Assembly (NCBI RefSeq): GCF_006345805.1
Contig: NW_021835285.1
Span: forward strand, 1-41,126
DNA: 41,126 bases
Direction: 5' to 3'
Source of the DNA: Octopus sinensis
Lineage: Eukaryota
This document shows, piece by piece, positions 24,732 to 36,344 of the stretch. Each line of letters opens with the position of its first letter. Within the stretch, counting starts at the first letter, position 1. The notes beneath the pieces were generated by a model. That model saw nothing but the letters and a program-made list of their open reading frames with translations. It had not been told where the DNA came from and did no database searches. The position numbers and the translations under genes are program-made.

Positions 24732-24745
24732 CCATCATCATCATT
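24391..24745. repeat. (CTT)n-(CGT)n-(CAT)n compound triplet repeat
   Basis: Directly visible. Confidence 0.95.
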
Positions 24746-25239
24746 TTATGGTAATTTTATTATCACTCTACTCTCACCACAATTTGCGAGTTTATAATTT
24801 GCCTTCGTAATGTACCATTCTCGGTGTCCTTGTGGCAAATTCAGAAACAATTATTCATTTGCTTTTCTTAAATAGAATTGTTAATTACTGGAATCAGTCT
24901 TCTTTTGAAACTTTTTTCCTGTGACTTATACCAGTGCTAAACGTGGGCTTACAAGAGATGCGAGTTCAGAATCTGTGGACTATACGATCCCCGTAAGTGT
25001 TCGCAACCCTGGGGTACGGCATGAAGTTGCTACTTTATAACCGTTTAGCTCACATCCATCCACCCATTGCCTCCTGCACTTATACACGGTGGGGGGTGGG
25101 GACGCATTCACACGCTCACGCACACACAAGCAGGAAAAGGGGTGTCATGAGAGAAAAGGAAGAGGAACGGAAGATTAATGGAAGTTATCAGGAGTGTATT
25201 TTAAGTTTACTGTAGATAACAAACGGAAGAGAGATGACA

Positions 25240-25273
25240 CGAGATAGATAGACGGATAGATAGATAGAGAGAG

Positions 25274-25309
<36 letters not shown>

Positions 25310-25514
25310 GGAGAGATAGGTAGATAGATAGAGAGAGAGAGAGAGGGAGAGATAGGTAGATAGATAGATAGATAGATAGATAGAGAGAGAGGGAGAGGGA
25401 GAGATAGGTAGATAGATAGATAGAGAGAGAGAGAGAGAGGGAGAGATAGATAGATAGATAGAGAGAGATAGATAGATAGAGAGAGAGAGAGGGGGGAGAG
25501 AGAGAGAGAGGGAG

Positions 25515-25570
<56 letters not shown>
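25240..25570. repeat. (GATA)n/(GA)n compound microsatellite
   Basis: Directly visible. Confidence 0.95.
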
Positions 25571-26067
25571 TTCTTATCAGTGGATGACATTTCCAATTTC
25601 ATTGACCTTCAGACACTCATAAAGGTCACCTCAAATACCAGTGTGCTTGACAAATTGTTACACAGTAACAACAACAAAACCAACAACACCTACAACAGCT
25701 GTACTAACAGTAATAACTACTATATCTCCGTGTGAATAACTTAGCTATTAGAAATAGCAGCTAATTTTTCTTTAAATCTTATCGTGTCATCGTAAAAAGA
25801 ATGAGAACAGACTTCCTAAAAAAAAGAAAAGTAGAGATCGTGATATCTTGGCTTGTGGACATGTCTTCAGTAATAAGACACACGACCAGATTGCGGTCGA
25901 CACGGAGTTAAAGAACAGGAGCTACTACTACTGCTGCTGCTGCTACTACTACTACTACTGACTACTACTACTGCTGCTGCTGCTACTGCTGCTGCTGCTG
26001 CTACTACTCTACTACTACTACTATACTACTACTACTACTACAACTACTACTGCTGCTGCTGCTACAT

Positions 26068-26766
26068 CTTGGACTTTTGAAGGAAGTTCCCATCCTCCCT
26101 CCTCCTCGGGCTTTTCCAGGAAGTCCTTCCTCCCCTTCCTTCCCCTCAGCTCCCTCTCCTTGGTCTTCCAAGAAGTCTCCATTCTTCCTCCTCGGACTTT
26201 TCCAAGAAGTCCTTCCTCCCATTCAACTCACACTTCAAGGACATTCCCAGGAGGTCCTTCCTCCCGTCAACTCCCCCTCCTTGGACATTTCCAGGTATTC
26301 CCCATCCTTCCCCCTCGGACATTTCCAAGAAGACCTTACTCCCCCTCAACTCACCCTTCTTGGACTTTTTCAGGAAGTCCTTACTTCCCTTCTTCCCCTT
26401 CCTCCACCTGAACCTCCTCCAGGTATTTTCCAGGCAGTCCCCACCATCCCTCTCCTCGGGCTTTCCTAGAAGTCCTTCCTCCTTCCTTCCCCTCAACTCC
26501 CCCTACATGGACTCTTCCAGGAAGTCCCCACCCTCCCTACCCTCCCTTTTTGGACTTTTCTCGAAAGTTCTTCCTCCCTTTCCTTCCTCCCTCACAACTC
26601 CCCCTCCTTGGACTTTTCCTGGAAGTCCCCATCCTACCCCCTCTTCAGACATTTTCGGGAAGTCCTTCCACCCCTTCCTACCCCTCAACCCAGCGTCCTT
26701 GGACTTTTCCAGGAAGTCCTTCTTCCCCCTCAACTTCCCCTCCTGAAAATTTTCCAGGTAGTCCCC
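26068..26766. repeat. Minisatellite with about 16 palindromic cores GGACTTTTCCAGGAAGTCC separated by C/T-rich linkers
   Basis: Cores start near 26071, 26108, 26162, 26194, 26239, 26283, 26317, 26362, 26422, 26458, 26509, 26552, 26610, 26647, 26701 and 26745. Confidence 0.9.
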
Positions 26767-26869
26767 TTAATTTTATTGACCCTGGCCCTCGGTTAACCTC
26801 TGTGGGATTTGAACTAAGAACGTGTTGTCAGAGTAATAATTATCAAAATATATATGCAGACCAGCTTTG

Positions 26870-27280
26870 ATCCAGCTAGCTTTTGATCACATCTATTCCA
26901 AAAGTGACCATCCTGTTTTGTTGCTTTTCTGCTTTTCTGCTGGAGCCACATTATCAAGCGCGTTTTTTATTCTCTTCAAAATGTTAAACTGAGGAATGAG
27001 GGAGATTTTGGCTGCTTTTCTTGTAGGTTGAAAAACCACGTAGATGCTTCTTTATCGGCGCATGTCCGTGTAAATGTTGTTGTTGTGTAGCCCTGATTAA
27101 GCAGGCAGACCTGTGATCAAAGAAGTTCCAGTCATGGCCATCAAGTCTTTTATACAGCCATACCGTATCGAGGACCACATTAACCAATGTGTCCGCTCCT
27201 TGTTCATGACAGTAGAACGATATACGAGGGATATTTGGGTGCTATTTCTTGCAGGTTCAGGTAACACGTAGACGTTTCTG
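26870..27280 (+). repeat. Two tandem diverged copies of an unclassified ~190-bp repeat
   Basis: TGATCA..TTCCA..G(A/G)CCATC..CCACATTA..GAGGGA.ATTT..GCT.TTTCTTG.AGGTT..CACGTAGA appears twice (~26870-27050 and ~27085-27280). Confidence 0.6.
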
Positions 27281-27667
27281 GCTTGTATCCATACACTTAA
27301 TTGCAAGCAGTGTGCTCAATGTGTTGGACGCAATTGAAATGTATGTAATATGAAAACGGTGTCCATTTGAGCTGTGCCCAGCTGACAATTGGTGGAGAGA
27401 GTCACGTAGAGCGGCGTTGCTCTTTTGTCTCGGCATAACGGGGAAACCTGGTGCAGTGTCGACCACAGACTGCTGAATGTCACGTCGTCGGGGCACGATC
27501 TGCAGGTCTCAAAGCGGAAAGACAAACTTCCAATTGTCAGAGAGATAGAGGGGGGGGATAACGAGAGAGAGAGAGAGAGAGAGCAATGTTAGAGAGAAGC
27601 TTAAATTGTGGAATGCAGGCACATGATGGCAGGATGTTACACTACTTGCATTAGAATTAGGAATAGT

Positions 27668-28300
27668 GGAAAGAAGACACAGACAAAGAAGAAGAAGAAG
27701 AAGAAAGAAGAAGAAGAGAGAGAAAAGAAGAAGAAGAGGAAAGAAAAGAAGAAGAAGGGAAGAAAGAAAAGAAGAAGAGAAAAGGAAGAAGAAAGAAGAA
27801 GAAAGGGAGGAAAGAAAAGAAAGAAGAAAGAATAAGGAAAATGAAAAGAAAAGAAGAAAAGAAAGAAGAAAGAAGAAGAGAAAAAGAAGAAAAAGAAAGA
27901 AGAGAAGAAGAAGGAAAGAAGAAGAGAAGAAAATAAAGAGTGTGAGGAAGAGAAAAAGAAGAAGAAAGAAGAAGAGAAGAAGAAGAAGAGAAAAAGAAAG
28001 AAGACAGAAAGGAAGAAGAAGAAGAAGAAGAAAAGGGAAGAAGAAGGAAGAAGAAGAAAGAAGAAAGAAGAAGAAAAGAAGAGAAGGAAAGAAAAGAAAG
28101 AAGAAGGCAAGAGGAAGAAGAAGAAGAGAGAAGAAGAAAGGATGAGAAGAAGAAGAAGAAGAAGAAAAAAGAAGAAGAAGAAGAAGAAGAAAGAAGAAGA
28201 AGAAGAAGGAAGCAGAGGAAGAAGAAGAAGGGGAAGAAGAGGAAGAAGAAGAAGAGGAGAGAGAAGAAGAAGAAGAGACAACAACACAAAAAACTACTAT

Positions 28301-28332
<32 letters not shown>

Positions 28333-28356
28333 GTAGTAGTAGTAGTAGTAGTAGTA
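27668..28356. repeat. Purine-rich degenerate (GAA)n tract followed by a (CTA)n(GTA)n inverted microsatellite
   Basis: Directly visible. Confidence 0.95.
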
Positions 28357-28539
28357 CCTCGACTGCACCAGTAATAATAGCAGCAATTTCTAACATTGGC
28401 ATAAGGTCATGCAGTTGTGTGAAATAGCTGCACAACCGATAGAATAGGCTCCAGTAAGTGACTGGTGCTTGTTTTGTCTTGTTTTTTTTTTTTTTCTCTT
28501 CCTTTGCCTGGTTCCTGTGTCCTGGTGGGAAAAATAAAA

Positions 28540-29230
28540 GAAAACGGTAAAGAATATCTCGGCAGAATTTGAACCCTCGAATGTAAAATAATATAACTAA
28601 ACACAATAAACAGTTTTCCTCCTGCACGCTACTAACTCTGCCAATTCTCCGTTTTTAATCAGAACCTTTTCTATCAAAGGGACAAGGTCAGGAAAGTTTG
28701 GAGCAGGGGTTAGTCGGTTGCATCCACCCGAGTGCGTAATTCAAACTCAGAAAAAATGGGTTAAATGTTACTTGGCATTTGGTTCGACGCGCTAACGATT
28801 CTTTTCTACACTAGGCACAAGGCCCGAAATTTTGAGGGAGAGAGCCGGTCGATTAGATCGACCCCAATACGCAACTGGTACTTAATTTATCGACCCCTGG
28901 TAGCATGAATCAACATACAGAATCAGCATAGGTTATAGGAACATAAACCTTCTTCCACAAAAAGACAGCTTAAACTGTGCTCTAAATGGAGGTGTAGTGA
29001 AATCCTATTTTATGGGCTCAACCATGTTCTAAAATAAATCGAAAGGTAAGCTACTATAAATCGACACGAACTTTCCGGACAACCCAATATTTAACTGGCA
29101 TTTTAGTCTATCGACCCCGAAGGAATGAAAGCCAAACGTGACCTTGGCGTCATTCGAACTCAAAATATAACGAATTGGAGCAGATACCCCAAAGCATTTT
29201 GTCCGATGTTCTAACGATTCTGCCAAACCA
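28540..29230 (-). mobile_element. Cluster of family B SINE fragments
   Basis: Repeated CAACTGGTACTTAATTTATCGACCCC, GACCTTGGCG..GAACTCA and CTAACGATTCTGCC segments. Confidence 0.65.
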
Positions 29231-29631
29231 CTAAAATTAAAGCTAGACGTAATTTGTATTAAATTTTATGTAATATTTCTTTACAATATCTGCATTTTAC
29301 TTTCTGTATGTTATTTTAAGCAACTTTGCTGCTTTCTCTGGTATTTTTGTCACTTAACAGGAATGTTCTGGAATAAAATTAAGGCTAAGAACATTGGCTT
29401 TCTTCTTCTCTTTTTTAAAACTCTATATTTTTTTTACATTTATCTCTTTATTTATTTCTTGTCTGGTTTCAAACACCTCAATGTCCTCCTTGTGCAGTTT
29501 TCTCTGTGCAGCTGTGTGACTTACATGTCGTCTGGTCTTTGTTCGTAGTCACTATTCATGTAATTATAAACACAGTGAAAGAGAGAGAGAAAGAGAGAGC
29601 GAGAGGGAATAGAAAGCAGACCGATAGCTAC

Positions 29632-29709
<78 letters not shown>

Positions 29710-29786
29710 GCAGATAGATAAGCAGATAGATAGGTAGGTAGGTAGGTAAGTAGGTAGGTAGATAGGTAGGTAGGTAGGTTGGTAGG

Positions 29787-29844
<58 letters not shown>

Positions 29845-29997
29845 TGACTGCTGTCTTTTTAGTTTTTTGTTATTTTCGAATTTCTCACCAATGGAGTAAG
29901 AGCAAATTTCAACCCATGTATGCATATATATGAGTTTACGGTTGAGTTTAATAAGTCTCTGTGTGTTTATATATACATATGTATGTATATTTATACA

Positions 29998-30424
29998 TTG
30001 TTTTTGTATTTGGTTTGCAAGATTCTTTATGTGAATTCGTGTGTTGAAACAAATTTTGTCGTGTCTAAGGAGAGCCATCATTATGCCAACACAAATAACA
30101 CACGCACTGGTTCAATTTCACTCCTTTATTATTAGCCAATTGGTTAAATATCCAACTAGCTAATCGATTGTTTAATTTGTTTGTTTTTGTTTGCCAAAAC
30201 ATTTTCAATGACTATTGACTATTGACTCGGACTCTTAGGGGACAAAGTCAATAGTCACTAAAAAGGTTACAAATAGCAACAAAAGAACTTTGGCAAACAA
30301 AAACAAAGCAAATTAAACAATCGATTAGCTGGTTGGATATTTAACCAACTGGCTAATAATAAAGGAGTGGAATTGAACCAGTGCGTGTGTTAATTATGTT
30401 GATATAATGACCCTCCCTAGACAC
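29998..30424. mobile_element. Fold-back element (putative Penelope-like terminal repeat)
   Basis: Inverted arms at ~30061-30220 and ~30246-30424. The left part is shared with 7570-7700. Confidence 0.6.
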
Positions 30425-30573
30425 AAAAAAATATATTTATACAGTATGATGTGTGTGTGTGTGTGTGTGCGTTTGTGCACCAATGTGTGTGTTTACCATC
30501 TTATAATCCCAATGTTGCGCAACACAACAATTCTAGTGCGTGTGAATCTTACATTGCATCACAATAAACTATA

Positions 30574-30791
30574 CAATAATCCCTCGACTATCGCGGGTTT
30601 TACGTTCCAAAACCTTCCACAGAAATAATTAAAATCTAAATAAAATATATGGTAAGTAGCTTGCTTACCAACCACATGGTTCCGGGTTCAGTCCCACTGC
30701 GTTGCACCTTGGGCAAGTGTCTTCTATTATAGCCTCGGGCCGACCAAAGCCATGAGAGTGGATTTGGTAGACGGAAACTGAAAGAAGCCCG

Positions 30792-30833
<42 letters not shown>

Positions 30834-31189
30834 CGTGTGTGTGTGCGTTTGTGTGTCTATTTGTCCCCCAACATCGCTTGACAACCGATGCTGGTGTGTT
30901 TACGTCCCCGTAACTTAGCGGTTCGGCAAAAAAAACCGATAGAATAAGTACTAGGCTTACAAAGAATAAGTCCTGGGGTCAATTTGATCGACTGAAGGCG
31001 GTGCTCCAGCATGACCGCAGTCAAATGACTGAAGCAAGTAAAAGAGAAACCCGCTATATACTGAGGATTCCGCGATATAAATTTACATATATTACCCTGA
31101 AAAATCCGCGATGTACTAAGTGCGCGATAGGTGAACCGCAATGTACTGAGTACGCGATAGGTGAACCACGATATGGCGAGGAATTACTG
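30574..31189. mobile_element. Tigger/pogo-like MITE containing a nested SINE
   Basis: Left TIR TA|CAATAATCCCTCGACTATCGCGG; right end reverse-complements to TA|CAGTAATTCCTCGCCATATCGTGG. TA TSD. 30-bp subterminal tandem duplication at 31111-31170. Confidence 0.75.
30650..31046 (+). mobile_element. Family A SINE nested in the MITE
   Basis: TGGTAAGTAGCTTGCTTACCAACCACATGGTTCCGGGTTCAGTCCC ... CAAATGACTGAAGCAAGTAAAAGAG. Confidence 0.9.
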
Positions 31190-31261
31190 TATTCTTAAAA
31201 TATTAAACTGCTCTCACGCTTATAGCAGCCCACGGCACTACACTATATGAAACCTCTACAA

Positions 31262-32140
31262 CAGTGCTGCCCAACGTCCGGCCCGCTAGTAGGTTCTCAA
31301 TTTATGGGTATCTGCAATGCAAATTACAAAAAATGTATTTGTAGATCACAAAAAATCACATTAAAGTATTCTCTTTATGTCTAGGAAGTGTGCTTAAAAA
31401 AGACTCCGCTGGTTACGACGACGAGGGTCCCAGCCGATACGATCAACGGAACAGCTTGCTCGTGAAATTAACGTGCAAATGGCTGAGCATTCCACAGACA
31501 CGTGTACCCTTAACGTAGTTCTCGGGGATAATCAGCGTGACACAGAGAGTGACAAGGCTGACCCTTTGAAATACAAGTACAACTCATTTTTGCCAGCTGA
31601 GTGGACTGGAGCAACGTGAAATAAAGTGTCTTGCTCAAGGACAAAACGCGTCGCCGGGAATCGAACTCACAACCTTACGATCATGAGCCGAATGCCCTAA
31701 CCACTAAGCCACGTGCCCTCACTATGGAAGTGTGCTACACGCAGGTCTTCTCCATACGTCATTATGAGACGTGATTTATCTGCGACAGAGATAGTTTTAA
31801 GCATGCTGAGTCAGCTGCTGACCGTGTTGTGGATGAATACCGATTTTCGGTGGCTGAAAACTGTAAAGTCAAGCCGGGTCGAGCCAGCAGCCAATCACGA
31901 CATAGCATCATATGTAGGACCCCTATGTTTAAATTGAGTTATGAATATTAATTGTATAATGGATAATTTCTATAAATAGAATAATAGAATAATAGAATCA
32001 ATGTTTTCAGTTCTGAATACTTTTTCAAACCATTTCAAATAGTTGTATTAAAAAATGAAAGGCTAGAAATGCGAGTCCGGCCCACTAACGTCGTTTTTTC
32101 TTAAATCTGGCCCATGTTCGGAAAAGGTTGGACAGCACTA
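31262..32140. mobile_element. Non-autonomous hAT-type DNA transposon
   Basis: TIRs CAGTGCTGCCCAAC and GTTGGACAGCACTA. Perfect 8-bp TSD CTCTACAA at 31254-31261 and 32141-32148. Subterminal CCGGCCC motifs. Confidence 0.88.
31395..31725 (-). mobile_element. Full-length family C tRNA-derived SINE nested in the hAT element
   Basis: A box GTGGCTTAGTGG, B box GAGTTCGATTCCC. 11-bp TSD GGAAGTGTGCT at 31384-31394 and 31726-31736. Confidence 0.9.
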
Positions 32141-32476
32141 CTCTACAACAATGCACTACACTAAATATACTTCACTACAATTCTACATGATTCTTCTACG
32201 CTGCTACAGACTATATTAAATGCGTTTGGTTGGGACCTTTCCATTGTACATTCTAAATTGTGCGTATGTGCGCGCGCACATTCTCTTTGCAGCAAGCGCA
32301 CAAAAAATACACTAATGTATGGTTAATGTTTGATGAATTTAAAATACGTTTCATTAATAAATGGTTCTTACAGCAACCACGTGTCACCTGTCATGTGACA
32401 TAGATGCTTCCCAGTTTCTCCTCGCCTACATCAGATTAGCAACCAGCGCACAAGAGGAAAAAAATCATTGGCGTCT

Positions 32477-32632
32477 TGGCGAGCTGGCAGAAACGTTAGC
32501 ACACCGGGCGAAATGCGTAGCCGTATTTCGTCTGCCGTTACGTTCCGCCGAGGTCGACTTTGCCTTTCATCCTTTTGGGGTCGATAAATTAAGTACCAGT
32601 TACGCACTGAGGTCGACTTAATCCGTTTGTCT
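32477..32632 (+). mobile_element. Family B SINE, internally deleted
   Basis: GGCGAGCTGGCAGAAACGTTAGCAC..GAGGTCGACTTTGCCTTTCATCC. Confidence 0.85.
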
Positions 32633-33050
32633 GAAATATAATAACGGTAATTTTATGATTTCAGTAAAATATCACAAATACCTCATGGTTATTACTATAA
32701 TCACGTGTTACTTGTCATATTACATATCTGCTTCCAAATTTAGACATGTCTTTACTAAAGCTGCCTCTTTTGCCTATATCAAGCTGTAATTGGTCAGGTA
32801 CGGGTTACAACGACACTTAATCACTGCCGATAATTAACGTTGTTCTAATTAGTCAAACTAACTAATCTTTTACAACAATAATAGCTTAGATAATCAGCAA
32901 AGTAATTAATATAACTAAAATTTGAGGCTAACATAATTAACAGTAAAAGCTAACAAAATTAACAGTTTTAATTAGCATAATCCTGTAACCGTAGCTTCAT
33001 TAATGAATGTATCTCGTATAATTTAACGTTCTTTCCCATTTTCAACTATA

Positions 33051-34143
33051 CGTGGTCTGATGAATAAGTACCCGGACTGTTACCATAGTAACGAAGCTAA
33101 AGCACACAGAGTGAAGCCACTTAGTACAGATTAACTTTAAACTCTACTGTGCATGCGCACTAAGTTTTAACGTTCTAGCTCACTTTCGCTGTTTACAGCA
33201 GTGTTTGGAAGGAACATGTGTAGCGTGTGATTGTCGCATTGACCATGAATCTGCATCAAATTTTTGTCAAAAGCCAACGCAAAAGTTTCAGAAAGTGTAT
33301 GGAGAGGAGTGTTTGAAACGAAAAAATGTCGATATTGACGAATGTCCTGGGAGATTCGCAACCAATAGAACTGAGAAAAACATCGCAGCTGTGAGGGGAA
33401 ATCGTCGAATCAACATCTGTGAGTTATCAGAGGATGAACAGATTAGTTACCATTCCGTTCAGTTCACTATCAATGAAGATTTGGATTTGAGGCGTGTGTC
33501 TTCCAAGTTTGTACCATAACTGCTTTCAGCTGGTAACGCGGCGAGTTGGCTGAAACGTTAGCATGCCGGGCGAAATGCTCAGCGGTATTTCGTCTGCCGC
33601 TACGTTCCGAGTTCAAATTCCGCCGAGGTCGACTTTGCCTTTCATCCTTTCGGGGTCGATTAAATAACTACCAGTTACGCACTGGGGTCGATATAATCGA
33701 CTTAATCCGTTTGTCTGTCCTTGTTTGTCCCCTCTGTGTTTAGCCCCTTGCGTGTAATAAAGAAATAAAAATAGGTAACGCACCTGCCTATTTACCGCAG
33801 CTTGTGCAGCAGTTTTTGACTAGGCATAGCATTCTCCAGGTCCGACAGCCACCGTATTCTCCAGATCTTGCCCCTTGCGACTTTTTCCTCTTTCCAAAAA
33901 TCAAATCCTGCTTGAAAGGAAGAAGATTTCAGGACGTCGAAGAAATCAATGTGAATGCAACGAGGTAGCTGCTAGTTATCCCGGAAAACGAGTTCCAGGA
34001 ATGCTTCCATCAATGGAAACAGCGCTGGGTTAAGTGTGTGGCTTCCGAAGGGGACTACTTTGAAGGAGATTAAAAGCCAAATCGGTACGTGTTGTAGTTT
34101 TGTTTTCATAGCACCTGTCCGGATACTTATTGATCAGATTTCG
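33051..34143 (+). mobile_element. Internally deleted mariner element with both TIRs
   Basis: TA|CGTGGTCTGATGAATAAGTACCCGGAC on the left; the right end reverse-complements to TA|CGAAATCTGATCAATAAGTATCCGGAC. Transposase remnants RRVSSKFVP and NAPA..QPPYSPDLAPCDFFLFPKIK..EGDYFEGD*. Confidence 0.92.
33540..33773 (+). mobile_element. Family B SINE nested in the mariner element
   Basis: Full-length copy with 8-bp TSD GGTAACGC at 33532-33539 and 33774-33781. Confidence 0.9.
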
Positions 34144-34239
34144 TATGGATGTACGACACTTGAAACATCAAGCTAAGAAGCGTAGTCATACTCGGTCCTT
34201 CGCTTAACATCGTGCGCTGTCTGTTCGGTCCTTCTTATT

Positions 34240-34292
<53 letters not shown>

Positions 34293-34320
34293 TGTGGAAG
34301 CACATGGCCTAGTGGTTAGA

Positions 34321-35125
34321 GCACAATACTGCACTTTTTATGTGCAAAATACTCTACCTCTGTTGTGCACAATACTGCACATTATTATGTGCACAATGCT
34401 CTACATGTTTCTATGCACAATGCTGCACATCTCTACATCTCTGTATGCATAATACTGCATGGCTCTATGAGCACAATGCTCTTTATCTCTGTATGCACAG
34501 TACTGCACATCTCCCTATGCACAACAGTGCACATCTATATTTGAACAATGCTACACATCTTCCTATGACCGAGATTGCACATTTATGAATGCACGAGGAT
34601 GCATATCTCTATATGCACGGTACTGCAAGTCTCTGTATCTCGATACCCTGCCTCTTTGTATGCCCAGTGCTGCACATCTCTCTATGCACAAACAGTGCAC
34701 ATCTATGTTTGAACACTACTACACATCTCTTTATGCACCACGCTGTACATCTCTGTATATTCAATGCTGAACATTTATTTATGCATGATGCTGCACATCT
34801 ATGTATGCACATCTACGCACATCTCTGTATACGCACAATACTGCAAGTCTCTGTATGCACAATGTTATACATCGCGGTATGCAAAGTGCTTGGGCTCTCT
34901 GTATGCACACTACTATATATCTACATATGCACAAAGATGTACATCTCTGCATGCACATCTTTGCATGCACAACTCTGCATGCACAGCACTGCACATCGCT
35001 ATATGCACAATGACACACACCTTTGCATTTCCCATACTGCACATATCCGTATGCAAAGTGCTGTGTCTCTGTGTGTGCACAACACTGAACACCTCTGTAT
35101 GCAGAGCGCTGTGCATCTCTCTAAT
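34321..35125. repeat. Degenerate ~24-bp minisatellite (TGCACAATGCTGCACATCTCTGTA-like)
   Basis: Roughly 30 diverged units. Source of the His/Cys-rich spurious ORFs. Confidence 0.9.
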
Positions 35126-35384
35126 CACGATGCAACGGAATGTAATTCTTGTGAGTCGCTTTCAAAGACAGAAGGAAGAGACGAGGAATTGTTAGAAAAC
35201 GCAAAAATCTGATGATGCGTTATTTAAATAGCGATAAGCGAGACAGGAATATGAAGGTAATTCGTTTATCGTTTCTTTTGAATGAGATTAACAGCATCTC
35301 TTTGGAATTAAAAATTGGTTTCTTTGAATTTTGCGAAGAACTCTGGCAAGTCACTAATGTCATACCTGTTATTTGTATTTTATC

Positions 35385-35660
35385 AGTATTATTATTATTC
35401 TTATTATTATTATTTTATTATGATTATGATTATTACATTATTATTATTATCATTATTATTATTATTATCATTTATTATTATACTATTGGTTATTATTATT
35501 GTTATCATTATTATTATTATTATTACTCATCATTATGATTATTATTATATTATTATTATTATTATTATTAAATATTATTATTATTATATTATCATTATTA
35601 TTATTATTCTTATTATTATTATTATAATTATTATTATTATCATTCTGTATTTATTATATT

Positions 35661-35728
<68 letters not shown>

Positions 35729-35921
35729 CTTATTATTATTCTTATTATATCATTATTATTATTATTATTATCATTATTATTATTATTACTATTGTTAATT
35801 GTTATCATATTAGATATATCATTATCTCATCATCATCATCACATTATTATTAATTATTATTATTATTATTACTATTGTTATTATTATTATCATTAATTAT
35901 ATTGTAGTAGTGGTGGTAGTA

Positions 35922-35987
<66 letters not shown>
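35385..35987. repeat. (TAT)n then (TAG)n microsatellite
   Basis: Directly visible. Confidence 0.95.
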
Positions 35988-36183
35988 CCATGTAATGCTG
36001 TCAAAATAATTGAGAATTGAAGGCGTGTAGGTAATTATATATTTCAGTGTAGCTATAGCAGTCGTTCAAAATTAAAAGAAAATGGCCTCTATTACAGAAC
36101 ATACAGTGTATTGCAAAATATTTTAGTCGCAGTTATTCTCAAAGTTTCTTCGACACCCGAAAGGATTTGGGATGGGTTGTACT

Positions 36184-36340
36184 TCTTTTATTTGTTTCAG
36201 TCATTGAACTGCGGCCATATTGGAGCACCGCAAAGGGTTATAGTCGAACAAATTGACGCCAGGACTTATTTTTTAAAAATCTGGCAGTTATTCTATCGGG
36301 TCTCTTCAGCCGAACTGCTAAATTACGGGAAGTAAACAAA
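36184..36340 (-). mobile_element. Family A SINE 3' fragment
   Basis: TTGTTTCAGTCATTGAACTGCGGCCATATTGGAGCACCGC..GGACTTATT..TTATTCTATCGG. Confidence 0.75.
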
Positions 36341-36344
36341 GTAA

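Noticed and set aside
26068-26766. CRISPR array
   Set aside because: Eukaryotic context, degenerate repeats, spacers that are related low-complexity C/T tracts, and no cas genes.
27666-28333. Arg/Lys/Glu-rich protamine-like ORFs
   Set aside because: Degenerate (GAA)n purine tract that is open in several frames, with no splice or codon evidence.
31650-31725. tRNA genes at SINE heads (also 375-443, 5800-5868, 17990-18055)
   Set aside because: A and B boxes are present, but they continue into SINE bodies with TSDs and I could not fold a full cloverleaf.
34585-35212. His/Cys-rich 207-aa ORF as a metal-binding or zinc-finger protein
   Set aside because: Explained by the 24-bp minisatellite; no C2H2 spacing or linker.
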